Shown here: positions 49,905-59,730 of the stretch, piece by piece
Position numbering within the stretch: the first letter of the stretch is position 1
Layout: the number at the start of each line of letters is the position of its first letter
Assembly: GCA_965140585.1 (NCBI GenBank)
Contig: OZ223269.1
Span: 672,001 to 736,000 of the forward strand
Source: Spirochaetia bacterium
Lineage (GTDB): Bacteria > Spirochaetota > Spirochaetia > UBA9216
DNA: 64,000 bases
Direction of reading: 5' to 3'
Made by a program: the position numbers and the translations under genes
Notes under the pieces: model-generated
Told to the model about the DNA's origin: nothing
What the model saw: only the letters and a program-made list of their open reading frames with translations
The model's database searches: none

Positions 49905-49972
49905 AACATTTATCAGCCCTGTTGACTATGAGCTGGATCGTGTGTATAGATAACGGTTAGACAGGAACATAG

Positions 49973-51517
49973 ATGAACGAAGACGCAGAATCAAATTACA
50001 CCGAAGACGAAATAAATAACTGTATAAATATATTAAAAGCCCTCTCTGAAAATGCAGATCAGTTAGTTGCTATTCCCAGAGAAACACAGATTGAACTTCT
50101 AAAAGCGGCAGGCGCATTGTCCAAACCGGATCATACAGTTCTAAAGCAGAGAAAAAAAGCAGCCGCGAGAAAAAAACGGCAGGAGACTGTCGCTGATGAA
50201 CGCGCTGCCCGTGCCGCAACCGGAATACGAAGCGCCCGTGAAAACATAGTGTTTTCGGCGCCGAGACAGCTGACCTGCGATGAAATTGTTACCGATAAAG
50301 ACCTTGTTCTAAATTCCCCCCGCAACTGCTATGTATGCAAAAAAGAATACACTCGAATGCATTTCTTTTATGATGCGATGTGTCCTGAATGCGCCGAACT
50401 TAATTACTATAAAAGGTTTCAGACTGCAGATTTACGGGGGCAGGTTGCGGTTATTACTGGTTCCAGACTTAAAATTGGATATCAGGCAACTTTGATGCTT
50501 CTTAGGGCCGGTGCTGAGGTTGTTGCCACCACACGATTTCCTGTGGATTCCGCTATTCGGTATTCGAAAGAAGCTGATTTTACTGAATGGGGTCATCGTC
50601 TGCATGTCTACGGGCTTGATCTGCGTCACACCCCCAGTGTTGAACTTTTCTGTACTCATATTGCCGACAGGTTTGGACGGCTGGATATACTTATAAACAA
50701 TGCTGCCCAGACAGTCCGGCGTCCGCCCGGCTTTTACCAGCATCTGATGGGTAATGAATTAATGCCGCGGGAGGAGCTTCCTGAAAAAGTCCGAAGCCTT
50801 CTTTTTGATTATGAATCCTGCCTTAACCGGATTGAAACATTTTCACACAGCAGTCATTCAGATGATGCTATTGTTCCGGTGTCCTGGGAGGCCAGAATTC
50901 CAGGCCTTGGGATGATTGAATCGGCCAGATTATCGCAGATCCCGTACGCGTATGAAGACAATCATGAAGTTGAAGCTGTTTTTCCTCAAGGCAAACTGGA
51001 TGTCGACTTGCAGCAGGTTGATCTGCGAACAACAAACAGCTGGCGCCTTAAGCTTGGTGAGATTCAGACCTCGGAAATGCTGGAACTCCAGCTTATCAAT
51101 GCTGTTGCCCCATTTGTACTATGCAATAGGCTTGTCCCTCTTATGAAAAAAGAAAATACCGGCTGCAAGCATATAATCAATGTTTCCGCCATGGAAGGCA
51201 AGTTTATGCGTTTTAAAAAAGGCGAGAGGCATCCGCATACCAATATGGCAAAAGCAGCGCTTAACATGCTTACGCACACATCCGCCAGCGAACTTGCTGA
51301 ACATGGAATATATATGAATGCGGTTGATACAGGCTGGGTGACTGATGAAGACCCGGCTCAGCTCGCGAAAAAGAAGCAGGAGCTGCACGATTTTCAGCCG
51401 CCTCTCGATATAGTAGACGGCGCTGCCCGTGTCTGTGATCCGCTTTTTGACGGTATAAATACAGGGCGGCACTGGTGTGGAATGTTTCTTAAAGACTACT
51501 TTCCGATTGACTGGTAA
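49973..51517 (+). CDS. Extended SDR oxidoreductase with N-terminal CxxC...CxxC region
   Basis: CYVC...[49 protein letters not shown]. Confidence 0.8.
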   Translation: MNEDAESNYTEDEINNCINILKALSENADQLVAIPRETQIELLKAAGALSKPDHTVLKQRKKAAARKKRQETVADERAARAATGIRSARENIVFSAPRQLTCDEIVTDKDLVLNSPRNCYVCKKEYTRMHFFYDAMCPECAELNYYKRFQTADLRGQVAVITGSRLKIGYQATLMLLRAGAEVVATTRFPVDSAIRYSKEADFTEWGHRLHVYGLDLRHTPSVELFCTHIADRFGRLDILINNAAQTVRRPPGFYQHLMGNELMPREELPEKVRSLLFDYESCLNRIETFSHSSHSDDAIVPVSWEARIPGLGMIESARLSQIPYAYEDNHEVEAVFPQGKLDVDLQQVDLRTTNSWRLKLGEIQTSEMLELQLINAVAPFVLCNRLVPLMKKENTGCKHIINVSAMEGKFMRFKKGERHPHTNMAKAALNMLTHTSASELAEHGIYMNAVDTGWVTDEDPAQLAKKKQELHDFQPPLDIVDGAARVCDPLFDGINTGRHWCGMFLKDYFPIDW

Positions 51518-51548
51518 ACTGACTGCCGGAACACAGCCGGCAGTCAGT
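51518..51548. terminator. Hairpin between convergent genes
   Basis: ACTGACTGCCGG-AACACAG-CCGGCAGTCAGT, 12-bp stem. Confidence 0.6.
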
Positions 51549-51551
51549 AGA

Positions 51552-54260
51552 TTATTTTTCGGTAAGGTTGTATACACCATCCCAGTTTGCACGCGGCGGT
51601 TCCTTTATATATTTCTCACATCGATCAAGGTAATATAATGAAGGTCCGTCATCTGATGTAATTTTTAGAGCCTGTCTGAATAACTTTTCTGCTCCTGTCC
51701 AGTTTCTATCTTCAAAAGTAGTGAGTCCTTCTTCGAATATCTGAAGTAATTCCTTTTTCTCTTTTGTAAGCTGTGATTTTTCTTCAACCAGCTCATACAG
51801 CCGAACTGGAGTATTTATACCGACTACACGGACGCGGTCTAGTCTCCTTGTTGCAAACTCTTTACCGACGGCTTCATAGGTTGAATCACTTATAAGCAGC
51901 CAGGTTCCGTAGCGTTTGTTCACGCCTTCAAGTCTGGCCGCCAGATTGACAGCATTGCCCATCATAGTGTAATCCATCTTTTTGGCTGTCCCCATGTTTC
52001 CAACAACCATATCGCCAGTATTCAGTCCTATCCTGGTTAACAGCGGATTTGGACTTAAATTTTTATCCTCAATTTTTTTATTCATTATCGCTTCAGCTCT
52101 CTTCATCTCAATTGAAGCCAGGCATGCCTTATAAGCATGATCGGCAAAATCTGTAGGTGCCCCGAAGAATGAAATTATTGCATCACCTTCAAACTTATCA
52201 ATTGTTCCATGCCTGTCCATAATAATGTCCGACATCTTTGTTAGATACATATTCAGAAGGTTTACTAAATCGGTTGGATCCATTGCTTCTGAAATTGTTG
52301 AAAATCCTTTGACGTCTGTAAAAAGAGCTGTAAGATTCTTTTTTTCACCGCCAAGATTCAGCTTTTCAGGATTATCCAATAGATCGTTTATAACCTCGTT
52401 TGACAAATACTGACCGAAGGCGCTTCTAATAAAGGTTTTTTCTTTGGATGTAGAAAGGAAGTTTACTATAGTAAGTATTACAAAACTGGATGAAATAGTC
52501 ATAACAGGAGTAAGTACTGGAAAGTAATTTCCAGTTAAAGAGAAAACCAGCAGTCCGGAGAAAAATATGAAAATGATGAAACCGAAACCGGTTAGAATTG
52601 AAGGTACAGGGTTCAGCATTATCTTGATTCTATAGTAAATAAGGACAAGAATTACCGCCGCTATAATTGAAACCCATTGAGGGAGAATATCGACAAAATC
52701 ATGATTAAGAAGAGCATTCGCAATTGATGCATGTGTACCAACGTTATCATAGGTTGCATCGAATGGATTTACACCTCGATCAGTGGTCGCCGTGCCGGTC
52801 CATCCTAAATAGCATATCGCTCCATCAAGAGTCGACGAAAGAATTTCACGTGTCTTTATCAGATTGTTTAAAAGTTCGGCAGTTTCTGAAAAGCTGGTTT
52901 GGACTGATATCTTGATTTCTGAATATCGTTCTTTTTGAGCTTCCGGAACATTCGGTGAATCAAGAATCTGGTCAATTCGAGCCACTATACTATTTTCAGC
53001 ATCACCACCAAGGAAGTTAGCTGTTTCAGTAAAGAAGTAATCGCGTATGTGCTGATATTCACTGAACTCTTCAGTATCTCCTGATTCAAGCATATCGCTC
53101 TGCAATGACTGGGAGTAGTTATAAATATCAAGGATTGGCATATTCCCCTGATAGTAATTCAGATATCCGGCGTCTTTCATAATTTCAAGATTCTGAACAA
53201 GAAGGGTTTCCTGTCTTTTATGAAGTACTAAATAATAGTAGGAAAGCTGAGTAAAGCTTTCATCAAAATCCTTGCGGGGCCAGTTGATGACGAAATAACC
53301 ATCTTTATCAAGGGGAATAACGAGATCTAGGCTTTCACCATCAGGGAATACAGCATTTTTTAGTACAATCCTGTCTTTATCAGTCTCAATTTCAGGTTCG
53401 CCGAGTATCTTATATACGGCCTGAAAACTGAGCTGCGGAAAAAAAGTATTCTCATATTCCGCTATAAGATTTACTCTGCGTCTTACTCCGTCATTATCAA
53501 TATGAACATTAGGGAATCCGAGACTCGCTGCATTCATGCTTATCTGGTTTACCGCAGGCCGGATATCAATACCTCTTAAAAGTTTTGAATTTTCTTCAGC
53601 TCTAACCTTGATGCCCATATTTTCAATTATCCAGTCTTTTAAATCGGAAGAATATTCGTCCTCTTCCTGGTTGAGTATATTAATTGTAAAAAAGGAGTTT
53701 CCGAAATATGCAGCAGCCTGCCCGAAGTAGGTATCATTATCCCTTGCTACAGATTTTATTTTTTCATAAAGCTCACTTTTAGATGCTATACTCAGGTTAT
53801 TAAGCTGGGCAACGTATTCAGATGCATCAGAAAGACTTATATTTCCTGAGACTATTGCATTAAATAAACCTTCAGTATTACCTGTTATTTCTGCAAACTT
53901 TTCATCAAGCGATTTTGGAATTTCATTATATAGAAATTCACTGTTCAGACCCATTGGGCTTTCTTCAGTGTACTCAATATCAAATACTGCATACTTAGCG
54001 CCCATTTCCTTCATAAGAATGAGGCCATCTGCCATGATTGCCCGGCTCCATGGAAACATCCCCACTTTTGCAATAGCAAGATCGTCAATATTAAGAAGAA
54101 CGATGTTATCTTTCTCTTCCGGTCCTGGAGTCATTTTCATATAGAGATCCATAAAAAAATGTTCACCATCCCTGTAGAAGGTAAAAATATTCATTAAAGA
54201 GAATAAGATTACGAAGGCCACAGGAATAAGAAAGGCTTTTTGCAGATGTTTTATATTCAT
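51552..54260 (-). CDS. CHASE2-domain class III adenylate/guanylate cyclase
   Basis: NIDDLAI..GMFPWSR and DNDGVRRR (CHASE2), 3 TM, FTDVKGFSTISE, DKFEGDA, VGNMG..DYTMMGNAVNLAARLEG, WDGVY tail. Confidence 0.92.
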   Translation of the reverse strand: MNIKHLQKAFLIPVAFVILFSLMNIFTFYRDGEHFFMDLYMKMTPGPEEKDNIVLLNIDDLAIAKVGMFPWSRAIMADGLILMKEMGAKYAVFDIEYTEESPMGLNSEFLYNEIPKSLDEKFAEITGNTEGLFNAIVSGNISLSDASEYVAQLNNLSIASKSELYEKIKSVARDNDTYFGQAAAYFGNSFFTINILNQEEDEYSSDLKDWIIENMGIKVRAEENSKLLRGIDIRPAVNQISMNAASLGFPNVHIDNDGVRRRVNLIAEYENTFFPQLSFQAVYKILGEPEIETDKDRIVLKNAVFPDGESLDLVIPLDKDGYFVINWPRKDFDESFTQLSYYYLVLHKRQETLLVQNLEIMKDAGYLNYYQGNMPILDIYNYSQSLQSDMLESGDTEEFSEYQHIRDYFFTETANFLGGDAENSIVARIDQILDSPNVPEAQKERYSEIKISVQTSFSETAELLNNLIKTREILSSTLDGAICYLGWTGTATTDRGVNPFDATYDNVGTHASIANALLNHDFVDILPQWVSIIAAVILVLIYYRIKIMLNPVPSILTGFGFIIFIFFSGLLVFSLTGNYFPVLTPVMTISSSFVILTIVNFLSTSKEKTFIRSAFGQYLSNEVINDLLDNPEKLNLGGEKKNLTALFTDVKGFSTISEAMDPTDLVNLLNMYLTKMSDIIMDRHGTIDKFEGDAIISFFGAPTDFADHAYKACLASIEMKRAEAIMNKKIEDKNLSPNPLLTRIGLNTGDMVVGNMGTAKKMDYTMMGNAVNLAARLEGVNKRYGTWLLISDSTYEAVGKEFATRRLDRVRVVGINTPVRLYELVEEKSQLTKEKKELLQIFEEGLTTFEDRNWTGAEKLFRQALKITSDDGPSLYYLDRCEKYIKEPPRANWDGVYNLTEK

Positions 54261-54266
54261 AAAAAA

Positions 54267-54317
54267 ATTATAATTTTTAGGTTTTCAAATTGCAAATCAT
54301 TTTTGGTTACATACAAT
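54267..54317. promoter_or_regulatory. Back-to-back leaderless promoters sharing a palindromic -35 (TTGCAA, 54290-54295)
   Basis: Minus strand: TTGCAA-17-TATAAT-6-ATG(54260). Plus strand: TTGCAA-16-TACAAT-7-ATG(54325). No SD on either side. Confidence 0.55.
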
Positions 54318-54324
54318 TAATAAT

Positions 54325-54774
54325 ATGAACAATAGAAAAAATTTTTTACTAATATTGATGATAGCGACAGTTGGAGTTGTCTTCTCTCAATCAAATGATC
54401 TGATTGACGAAACACTTTCACAGATACAACTGAGCTGTGGTAACGGTGCATATCTTGCACTTACCGCTGCAGGTTTGATCAGCGAAAACTCAACAGATGA
54501 AGAAGCTGTGTCCTTTTTAAAACAGGAAGGCTGGATTGGAAAATCACGCAGTGCTGATGAGCCAATGACTCTTGGTGAATACTCACTGGCCTTAATGAAA
54601 AGCTTCTCAATGCCGGGAGGTATAATGTATACAATCTTCCCATCAGCACGATACGCTTCAAGAGAGTTAGGGTATCTAGGTTACATCAGCAAGGATTCCG
54701 GAGCCTATCGCAGTTTGAGTGGTAGTGAAGCAGTATCCATTCTCGGTCAGATTATAAGGAGCAGAAGCAAATGA
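54325..54774 (+). CDS. Exported hypothetical protein
   Basis: Signal peptide; stop overlaps the next start (ATGA). Confidence 0.7.
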   Translation: MNNRKNFLLILMIATVGVVFSQSNDLIDETLSQIQLSCGNGAYLALTAAGLISENSTDEEAVSFLKQEGWIGKSRSADEPMTLGEYSLALMKSFSMPGGIMYTIFPSARYASRELGYLGYISKDSGAYRSLSGSEAVSILGQIIRSRSK

Positions 54775-56060
54775 CGAAACGAACAATAATTTTTCTGTTA
54801 CTTATTCGTGTGACGGTAATGGGTATCAGCGCTGCCGATTTCGGGTTAACTACAGATGCTACTTCTTCACTGCCGTATACCAGCGGGACAGATATCGACT
54901 GGACTGGTCTGACTTATACAGTAAAAAGCGCGCTCTGGGCAAACGGACGGCTAAGCGATGAATTGACTGGGGAAGTTCAGGGAGGATTTACGATAACTGA
55001 AAGCCGTGTTTTCCTGTTGGAACTCGATCAGCTTCAGCTTGCCGGAAGTTTTATTTTACCGGGATCCCCTGCAGGAGCGCTTTCTTTTAAAGCCGGGCGT
55101 ATTTCTTTTTCTGAATTCTCGGGCAAGGTTTTTGTGCATACGGGGGATGGAATCAGTTTTGAATATGGACTGCCCGGTATGAGTATGTCAGCTTTCGGAG
55201 CTTATACCGGACTACTGCAGGGACCTTCATCGACCATCTTGATGAATAATTCGGATGTTGCCGCTCAGGCAGTAACCCCCTTGCCATTATGGGGTCCGCT
55301 TTCTTCTCCACGAATTGTAGAGGGTGTTTCATTTACATTTCCTGAGCTCTTTGCTCAGCAGACTCTTATTCTGACAGGTATTTTTCAGCAGGATATGAGG
55401 CCGGTTGACGAATTCGTAACCGGTGATTCAGCAATAAATACATTCTATGCAGGATTCGGGCTTATGGGGCCGATTCAGCCGGTCGCTTCACTCTTCTACA
55501 GTATATACGGATACGGTAATACCGGCTGGTATGGCAGCAATACTATCCTTTCATACATTGCTGGTGGCGGAATAAATTATCTTATGCCTAAGTTCCTTTC
55601 GTCACGGTTTGCACTTGAATTTACTTATTCAAGCGGTGATGCCGATCAGTCTGTTTTTTACGAAGGAAATACTGCAGGTTATTCAAACTCCTTCATTCCT
55701 ATAACCCCGGCTCCTGCCGGTTTGGTATTTACCGCTCAGCAGACAAATCTCTTTTATTTGAGCTGCGGCTATTCAATCAAACCGTTTTCTATGACTGGTA
55801 GTGCCGCTCTGCAGAATACAGTGGTTCTTCTGAAAGGCATTGGTTTTTTCAGGAGCACAACGGGGGCAATAAGCACTGGCGGAGTAAAAACCGGAGAAAC
55901 TGGACTGTATCTTGGTACAGAGGCAGATTTAAGTATAATGGCAAGGTTTCTGTCTGATTTAGGCTTTTCATTGTCGGGCGGAGTCTTCTTTCCGTCAGAT
56001 ATAATGGAGACTACTTCGCCTCAGATTAAAGCAACTGTAGCTGTATCATTATCGATGTAG
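54771..56060 (+). CDS. Putative outer-membrane beta-barrel protein
   Basis: Signal peptide, many amphipathic strands, YLGTEADL...SDLGFSLSGGVFFP, terminal beta strand. Confidence 0.6.
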   Translation: MTKRTIIFLLLIRVTVMGISAADFGLTTDATSSLPYTSGTDIDWTGLTYTVKSALWANGRLSDELTGEVQGGFTITESRVFLLELDQLQLAGSFILPGSPAGALSFKAGRISFSEFSGKVFVHTGDGISFEYGLPGMSMSAFGAYTGLLQGPSSTILMNNSDVAAQAVTPLPLWGPLSSPRIVEGVSFTFPELFAQQTLILTGIFQQDMRPVDEFVTGDSAINTFYAGFGLMGPIQPVASLFYSIYGYGNTGWYGSNTILSYIAGGGINYLMPKFLSSRFALEFTYSSGDADQSVFYEGNTAGYSNSFIPITPAPAGLVFTAQQTNLFYLSCGYSIKPFSMTGSAALQNTVVLLKGIGFFRSTTGAISTGGVKTGETGLYLGTEADLSIMARFLSDLGFSLSGGVFFPSDIMETTSPQIKATVAVSLSM

Positions 56061-56082
56061 CAGAATAAACGGAGGAAAAGTA

Positions 56083-57042
56083 ATGAAAACATTCAGATTC
56101 TATTTAATAATTATATGTCTTGTTTTTATAACGAATTTTTTATATAGCACAGATTTAAAGGCCATTGTACAGGAAGCGAACGGTAAGGTTGAAGTAAAAA
56201 GAGGAGGCGCGGCATGGGAATCGGTAAAGGTTGGTGATATTTTGTCTTCCGGAGACAGTATTTCAACCGGTTTTAACTCAAAAGCCGTGCTCGTCCTGGG
56301 CGATACCTCAGTCCTTGTAGCGAAGGATCTTACAAGGCTTACGCTTGCCGAACTATATGAGAAGGAAGGAACGGTTGTGACCGATCTTTTTCTCGATATA
56401 GGAAATATTAGGGCTGAGGTTCATTCAAGCGATGAAGTTTCCAACGATTTTCAAGTTAGGAACGCCAATTCGACCGCATCGGTCAGGGGGACGGTCCTCG
56501 ATGTTGCAATACTCGGCGACGGCCGGGGGATGAAAGTAATGGCTTGGGATGGTATGGCTCTGGTTACGGACATCCGTTCTGGTAGAAAGGCTCAGGTTGG
56601 AGAAGCTAAAAAGAAGAAGGATGAAAAAGCCGGCCAGGATTCCGAAGAATCCGGAGACGGAGAAAGTGAAGATAGCGGGAGTGGAGAATCCGGTTCTGAT
56701 GATGGAACAGATTCTGAAGGCGGCGGGTCAGGTGCGGACAGCGAAACTGGAGCAGCAAATATGGGAATGCCTTCGGAACCTCCGGCGGAAATAGCTGCAG
56801 CGCCGCTTATGGCAAGCGGGAATGGTGGCGGAATGGTGTCGTCCATGGCTTCTGCAATAGCAGCATCAACCGTAACAGTAAGTACTAAACCTCCTTCACC
56901 TGCAGTTATTTCTACCGGCGGTGGTACCTCGGCATCGACTGAAACAGCAGCGGCAGCCGTAGTTGAAGAAATAATCGGAGGAACAACACTTCCTGTAATT
57001 ACAACTAGCTCTGTAAGCATTCAGGTTGTATGGCCGGAATAG
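56083..57042 (+). CDS. FecR-domain exported protein with acidic low-complexity tail
   Basis: GKVEV, GDSISTGFNSKAVL, FQVRNANSTASVRGT. Confidence 0.8.
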   Translation: MKTFRFYLIIICLVFITNFLYSTDLKAIVQEANGKVEVKRGGAAWESVKVGDILSSGDSISTGFNSKAVLVLGDTSVLVAKDLTRLTLAELYEKEGTVVTDLFLDIGNIRAEVHSSDEVSNDFQVRNANSTASVRGTVLDVAILGDGRGMKVMAWDGMALVTDIRSGRKAQVGEAKKKKDEKAGQDSEESGDGESEDSGSGESGSDDGTDSEGGGSGADSETGAANMGMPSEPPAEIAAAPLMASGNGGGMVSSMASAIAASTVTVSTKPPSPAVISTGGGTSASTETAAAAVVEEIIGGTTLPVITTSSVSIQVVWPE

Positions 57043-57061
57043 GCTGGCAAGGTTGAACCGA

Positions 57062-58375
57062 ATGAAAACAAGACTAAATTTAATTATTTTAATAATTACA
57101 GTTATCCTGATTGGCTCCTGTAATCCGCTTATTATAGAGGAGCCTAATCTTAGCTATGTATCAATAGATACAGGGATAACACTTGGCTTTGCTGGCAGTA
57201 GGGCTTCTGTGAGTGATGTGGCATCTTTCCGACTAAAGGTTGAAGCTTCGGACATGGAAGAAATTGAGCAGACTTACACCGAAAGTATTATTAACATAAA
57301 AGTGGAAGCCGGAAGCGGACGAACTTTTACACTGACAGCTTTTGATGCAATCGGAAACAATCTGTTTTCCGGTAGCAGTAAAGTTGATCTTGTTGCAGGA
57401 CAATCTGCTGAAATAGTTATAACAATGGATTATTCCGGTTTCTACGTCATTTTCAACACTAACGGTGGAGGAACCATCTCGACAAAGTATGTTGAAAGCG
57501 GTGGAATCCTGACTACTCCAACAGTACCTGTAAAAACAGGTTATGCATTTGGAGGTTGGTATTCAGATGCTGACTTTATTGCATTATGGAACTTCAGTAC
57601 AGATACAGTTAATTCTGATGTAACTCTGTATGCCAAATGGACTGCAAACACATATTCTTTAACCTTTGATGGTAACGGTTCTTCCGGTGGAGCAATGACA
57701 AACCTTTCTGTTGATTATGATGGGACTGTTTCTCTGACATCCAACGGATATACTTTAACTGGGTATACGTTTATAGGATGGAACACTGCAAGTAATGGAT
57801 CAGGCATTTACTATGCTGATACTGCCAGCTATACACATACAACAGCAGGAAACATTACTCTATATGCTCAGTGGCAGGTTCTTCCAAGTCTGAATTTTAT
57901 CCAGACTGATGTTCTTGGTAGTACATCGCCTTATACAGGATGGAACTGGACGCGATATAATGATACTGTTAATTCAAATAGTTTTTTGATTACACCCAGC
58001 AGCTCTGCAAATTATTATACTATAGAGGTTTCTGATGGTACTGAAACTGTATTTACAAGTATTCAGCTTTATGATACCGGAAACTGGAGTACCGCTACAA
58101 TTAATTTCTATGCTTATTCTAACGGAGTTCAAACCGGTTCTGAAACTTATACAGGCGATGTTCCATATGCAACTGGGGGATATAAACATACTTTCAGTGA
58201 TACAGCTTTCAGTAATGCCGATATGATAGTTATTCAACCGTTGCAATCTGATGGAACATCCCCGACTCCTATATGTCTTGATGATATTATTACCGATTTG
58301 TTTGGTACGATAGATTTTGAAACAACAACCGGGCTAAGCGGGACTAGTACACCAACCGTGACTTATACACCTTAA
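57062..58375 (+). CDS. Lipoprotein with two InlB-B/Flg_new repeats
   Basis: Lipobox IGSC; PVKTGYAFGGWY...VTLYAKW and TGYTFIGWNT...ITLYAQW. Start moved to 57062 by alignment with the paralog. Confidence 0.75.
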   Translation: MKTRLNLIILIITVILIGSCNPLIIEEPNLSYVSIDTGITLGFAGSRASVSDVASFRLKVEASDMEEIEQTYTESIINIKVEAGSGRTFTLTAFDAIGNNLFSGSSKVDLVAGQSAEIVITMDYSGFYVIFNTNGGGTISTKYVESGGILTTPTVPVKTGYAFGGWYSDADFIALWNFSTDTVNSDVTLYAKWTANTYSLTFDGNGSSGGAMTNLSVDYDGTVSLTSNGYTLTGYTFIGWNTASNGSGIYYADTASYTHTTAGNITLYAQWQVLPSLNFIQTDVLGSTSPYTGWNWTRYNDTVNSNSFLITPSSSANYYTIEVSDGTETVFTSIQLYDTGNWSTATINFYAYSNGVQTGSETYTGDVPYATGGYKHTFSDTAFSNADMIVIQPLQSDGTSPTPICLDDIITDLFGTIDFETTTGLSGTSTPTVTYTP

Positions 58376-58398
58376 TTTTAAGTATTAAAATTCAAATC

Positions 58399-58432
58399 AG
58401 GGGATATCTGAAAATATCAGGTGTCCCCTTTT
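58399..58432 (+). terminator. Terminator between the paralogous lipoprotein genes
   Basis: GGGGATATCTGA...TCAGGTGTCCCC followed by TTTT. Confidence 0.6.
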
Positions 58433-58510
58433 GAATAATCATTATTGAATTAAAATTAATTATACGTCTGTATTTTTCTGTTATCAGTATCTTTATACAG
58501 AGGAGAGCTA

Positions 58511-59614
58511 ATGAAAACAAAACCGTTTTTAATATTTATAATAATTGTGGTTATTATAGCCGGTTCCTGTAGTCCTTTTATCATGGAGGAGATTAATCTA
58601 AGCAAAGTATCGATAGATACCGGAATAATGCTTTCATCTGCCGGCAGCAGGGCTGCAGCAGGCGATGTGGTTTTATTCCGGCTAAAAGTGGAAGCGGATG
58701 ACATGGAAACTATTGAAAAAGAATTCACAGAGAGTGAGATAAGCCTTGATGTGAAAGCCGGCGCTTCACGCACATTTACCCTGGAGGCTCTTGATGCAGA
58801 TGACAACAAACTATTCTCCGGTGGTTCTACGAAAACTTTGACTGCCGGTCAGTCTGTTTCAGTTAGTATAACGATGGATTATTCTGGTTTTTATGTCAGT
58901 TTTAATACAGACGGAGCAGGAACCATCTCGACGCAGTATGTTGCAAGCGGCGGACTTGTAACTGCACCGACAGAACCTGTAAAAACAGGATACACATTCG
59001 GCGGCTGGTATACAGATGCTGCCTTTACTACAGCTTGGAATTTGGCTTCAAGTATTGTCAATTCTGATATAACGCTTTATTTGAAATGGAATCTTCTTGC
59101 AGTCGGGAACATTGGACCAAGCGGAGGTTATGTTTTTTACGACAAGGGAGCATATTCTGACGGTTGGCGTTATATTGAAGCCTACCCAGTAGATTTATAT
59201 AATTCAATTGCCGCTGATTATTGGTTTTACTTTGCAAATGCTCAAAATGGTTATGATGTTACAACAACTACATCAGCAATTGGCTCTGGTTTGGAAAATA
59301 CTGCATTAATAGTGGCACAAAGGGAAACAGCAAATCCTTCAATTGATTCCAATACAGCAGCTCAAGTATGTGATACCGCTAACAGTTACGGTTATTCTGA
59401 TTGGTTCCTGCCCTCGTATAATGAGCTATACTTGATGTATTCAGAATTGCATTTAAACAGTTTAGGATCCTTTACTGATACATCATACTGGAGTTCAACA
59501 GATACAGAGAATGACGATTGTGCATGGGCATTAAATTTTTCAAACGGGTCAGGCGCTTCCGGTGGGAACTGGCATTCGAACGGCGGTTATGTGAGGCCTG
59601 CAAGACGATTTTGA
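58511..59614 (+). CDS. Paralogous lipoprotein with one InlB-B repeat and a DUF1566-like C-terminal domain
   Basis: Lipobox AGSC; GPSGGYVFYDKG..GWRYIEA, GYSDWFLPSYNEL, YWSST, VRPARRF. Confidence 0.75.
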   Translation: MKTKPFLIFIIIVVIIAGSCSPFIMEEINLSKVSIDTGIMLSSAGSRAAAGDVVLFRLKVEADDMETIEKEFTESEISLDVKAGASRTFTLEALDADDNKLFSGGSTKTLTAGQSVSVSITMDYSGFYVSFNTDGAGTISTQYVASGGLVTAPTEPVKTGYTFGGWYTDAAFTTAWNLASSIVNSDITLYLKWNLLAVGNIGPSGGYVFYDKGAYSDGWRYIEAYPVDLYNSIAADYWFYFANAQNGYDVTTTTSAIGSGLENTALIVAQRETANPSIDSNTAAQVCDTANSYGYSDWFLPSYNELYLMYSELHLNSLGSFTDTSYWSSTDTENDDCAWALNFSNGSGASGGNWHSNGGYVRPARRF

Positions 59615-59730
59615 TTCTTGATGAATAAACAGAACCGGATTGAAATAGAAGGACAGGTATCCTTTCGTAAAATGATTTCAGCAGGTTGAATACTTGCTGA
59701 AATCTGTATTTACATTTAAAAATAAAGGGA

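Noticed and set aside
59480-59730. Diversity-generating retroelement at the DUF1566-like C-terminus
   Set aside because: No reverse transcriptase, accessory gene or template repeat is visible in the window. Kept only as a possible remote target.
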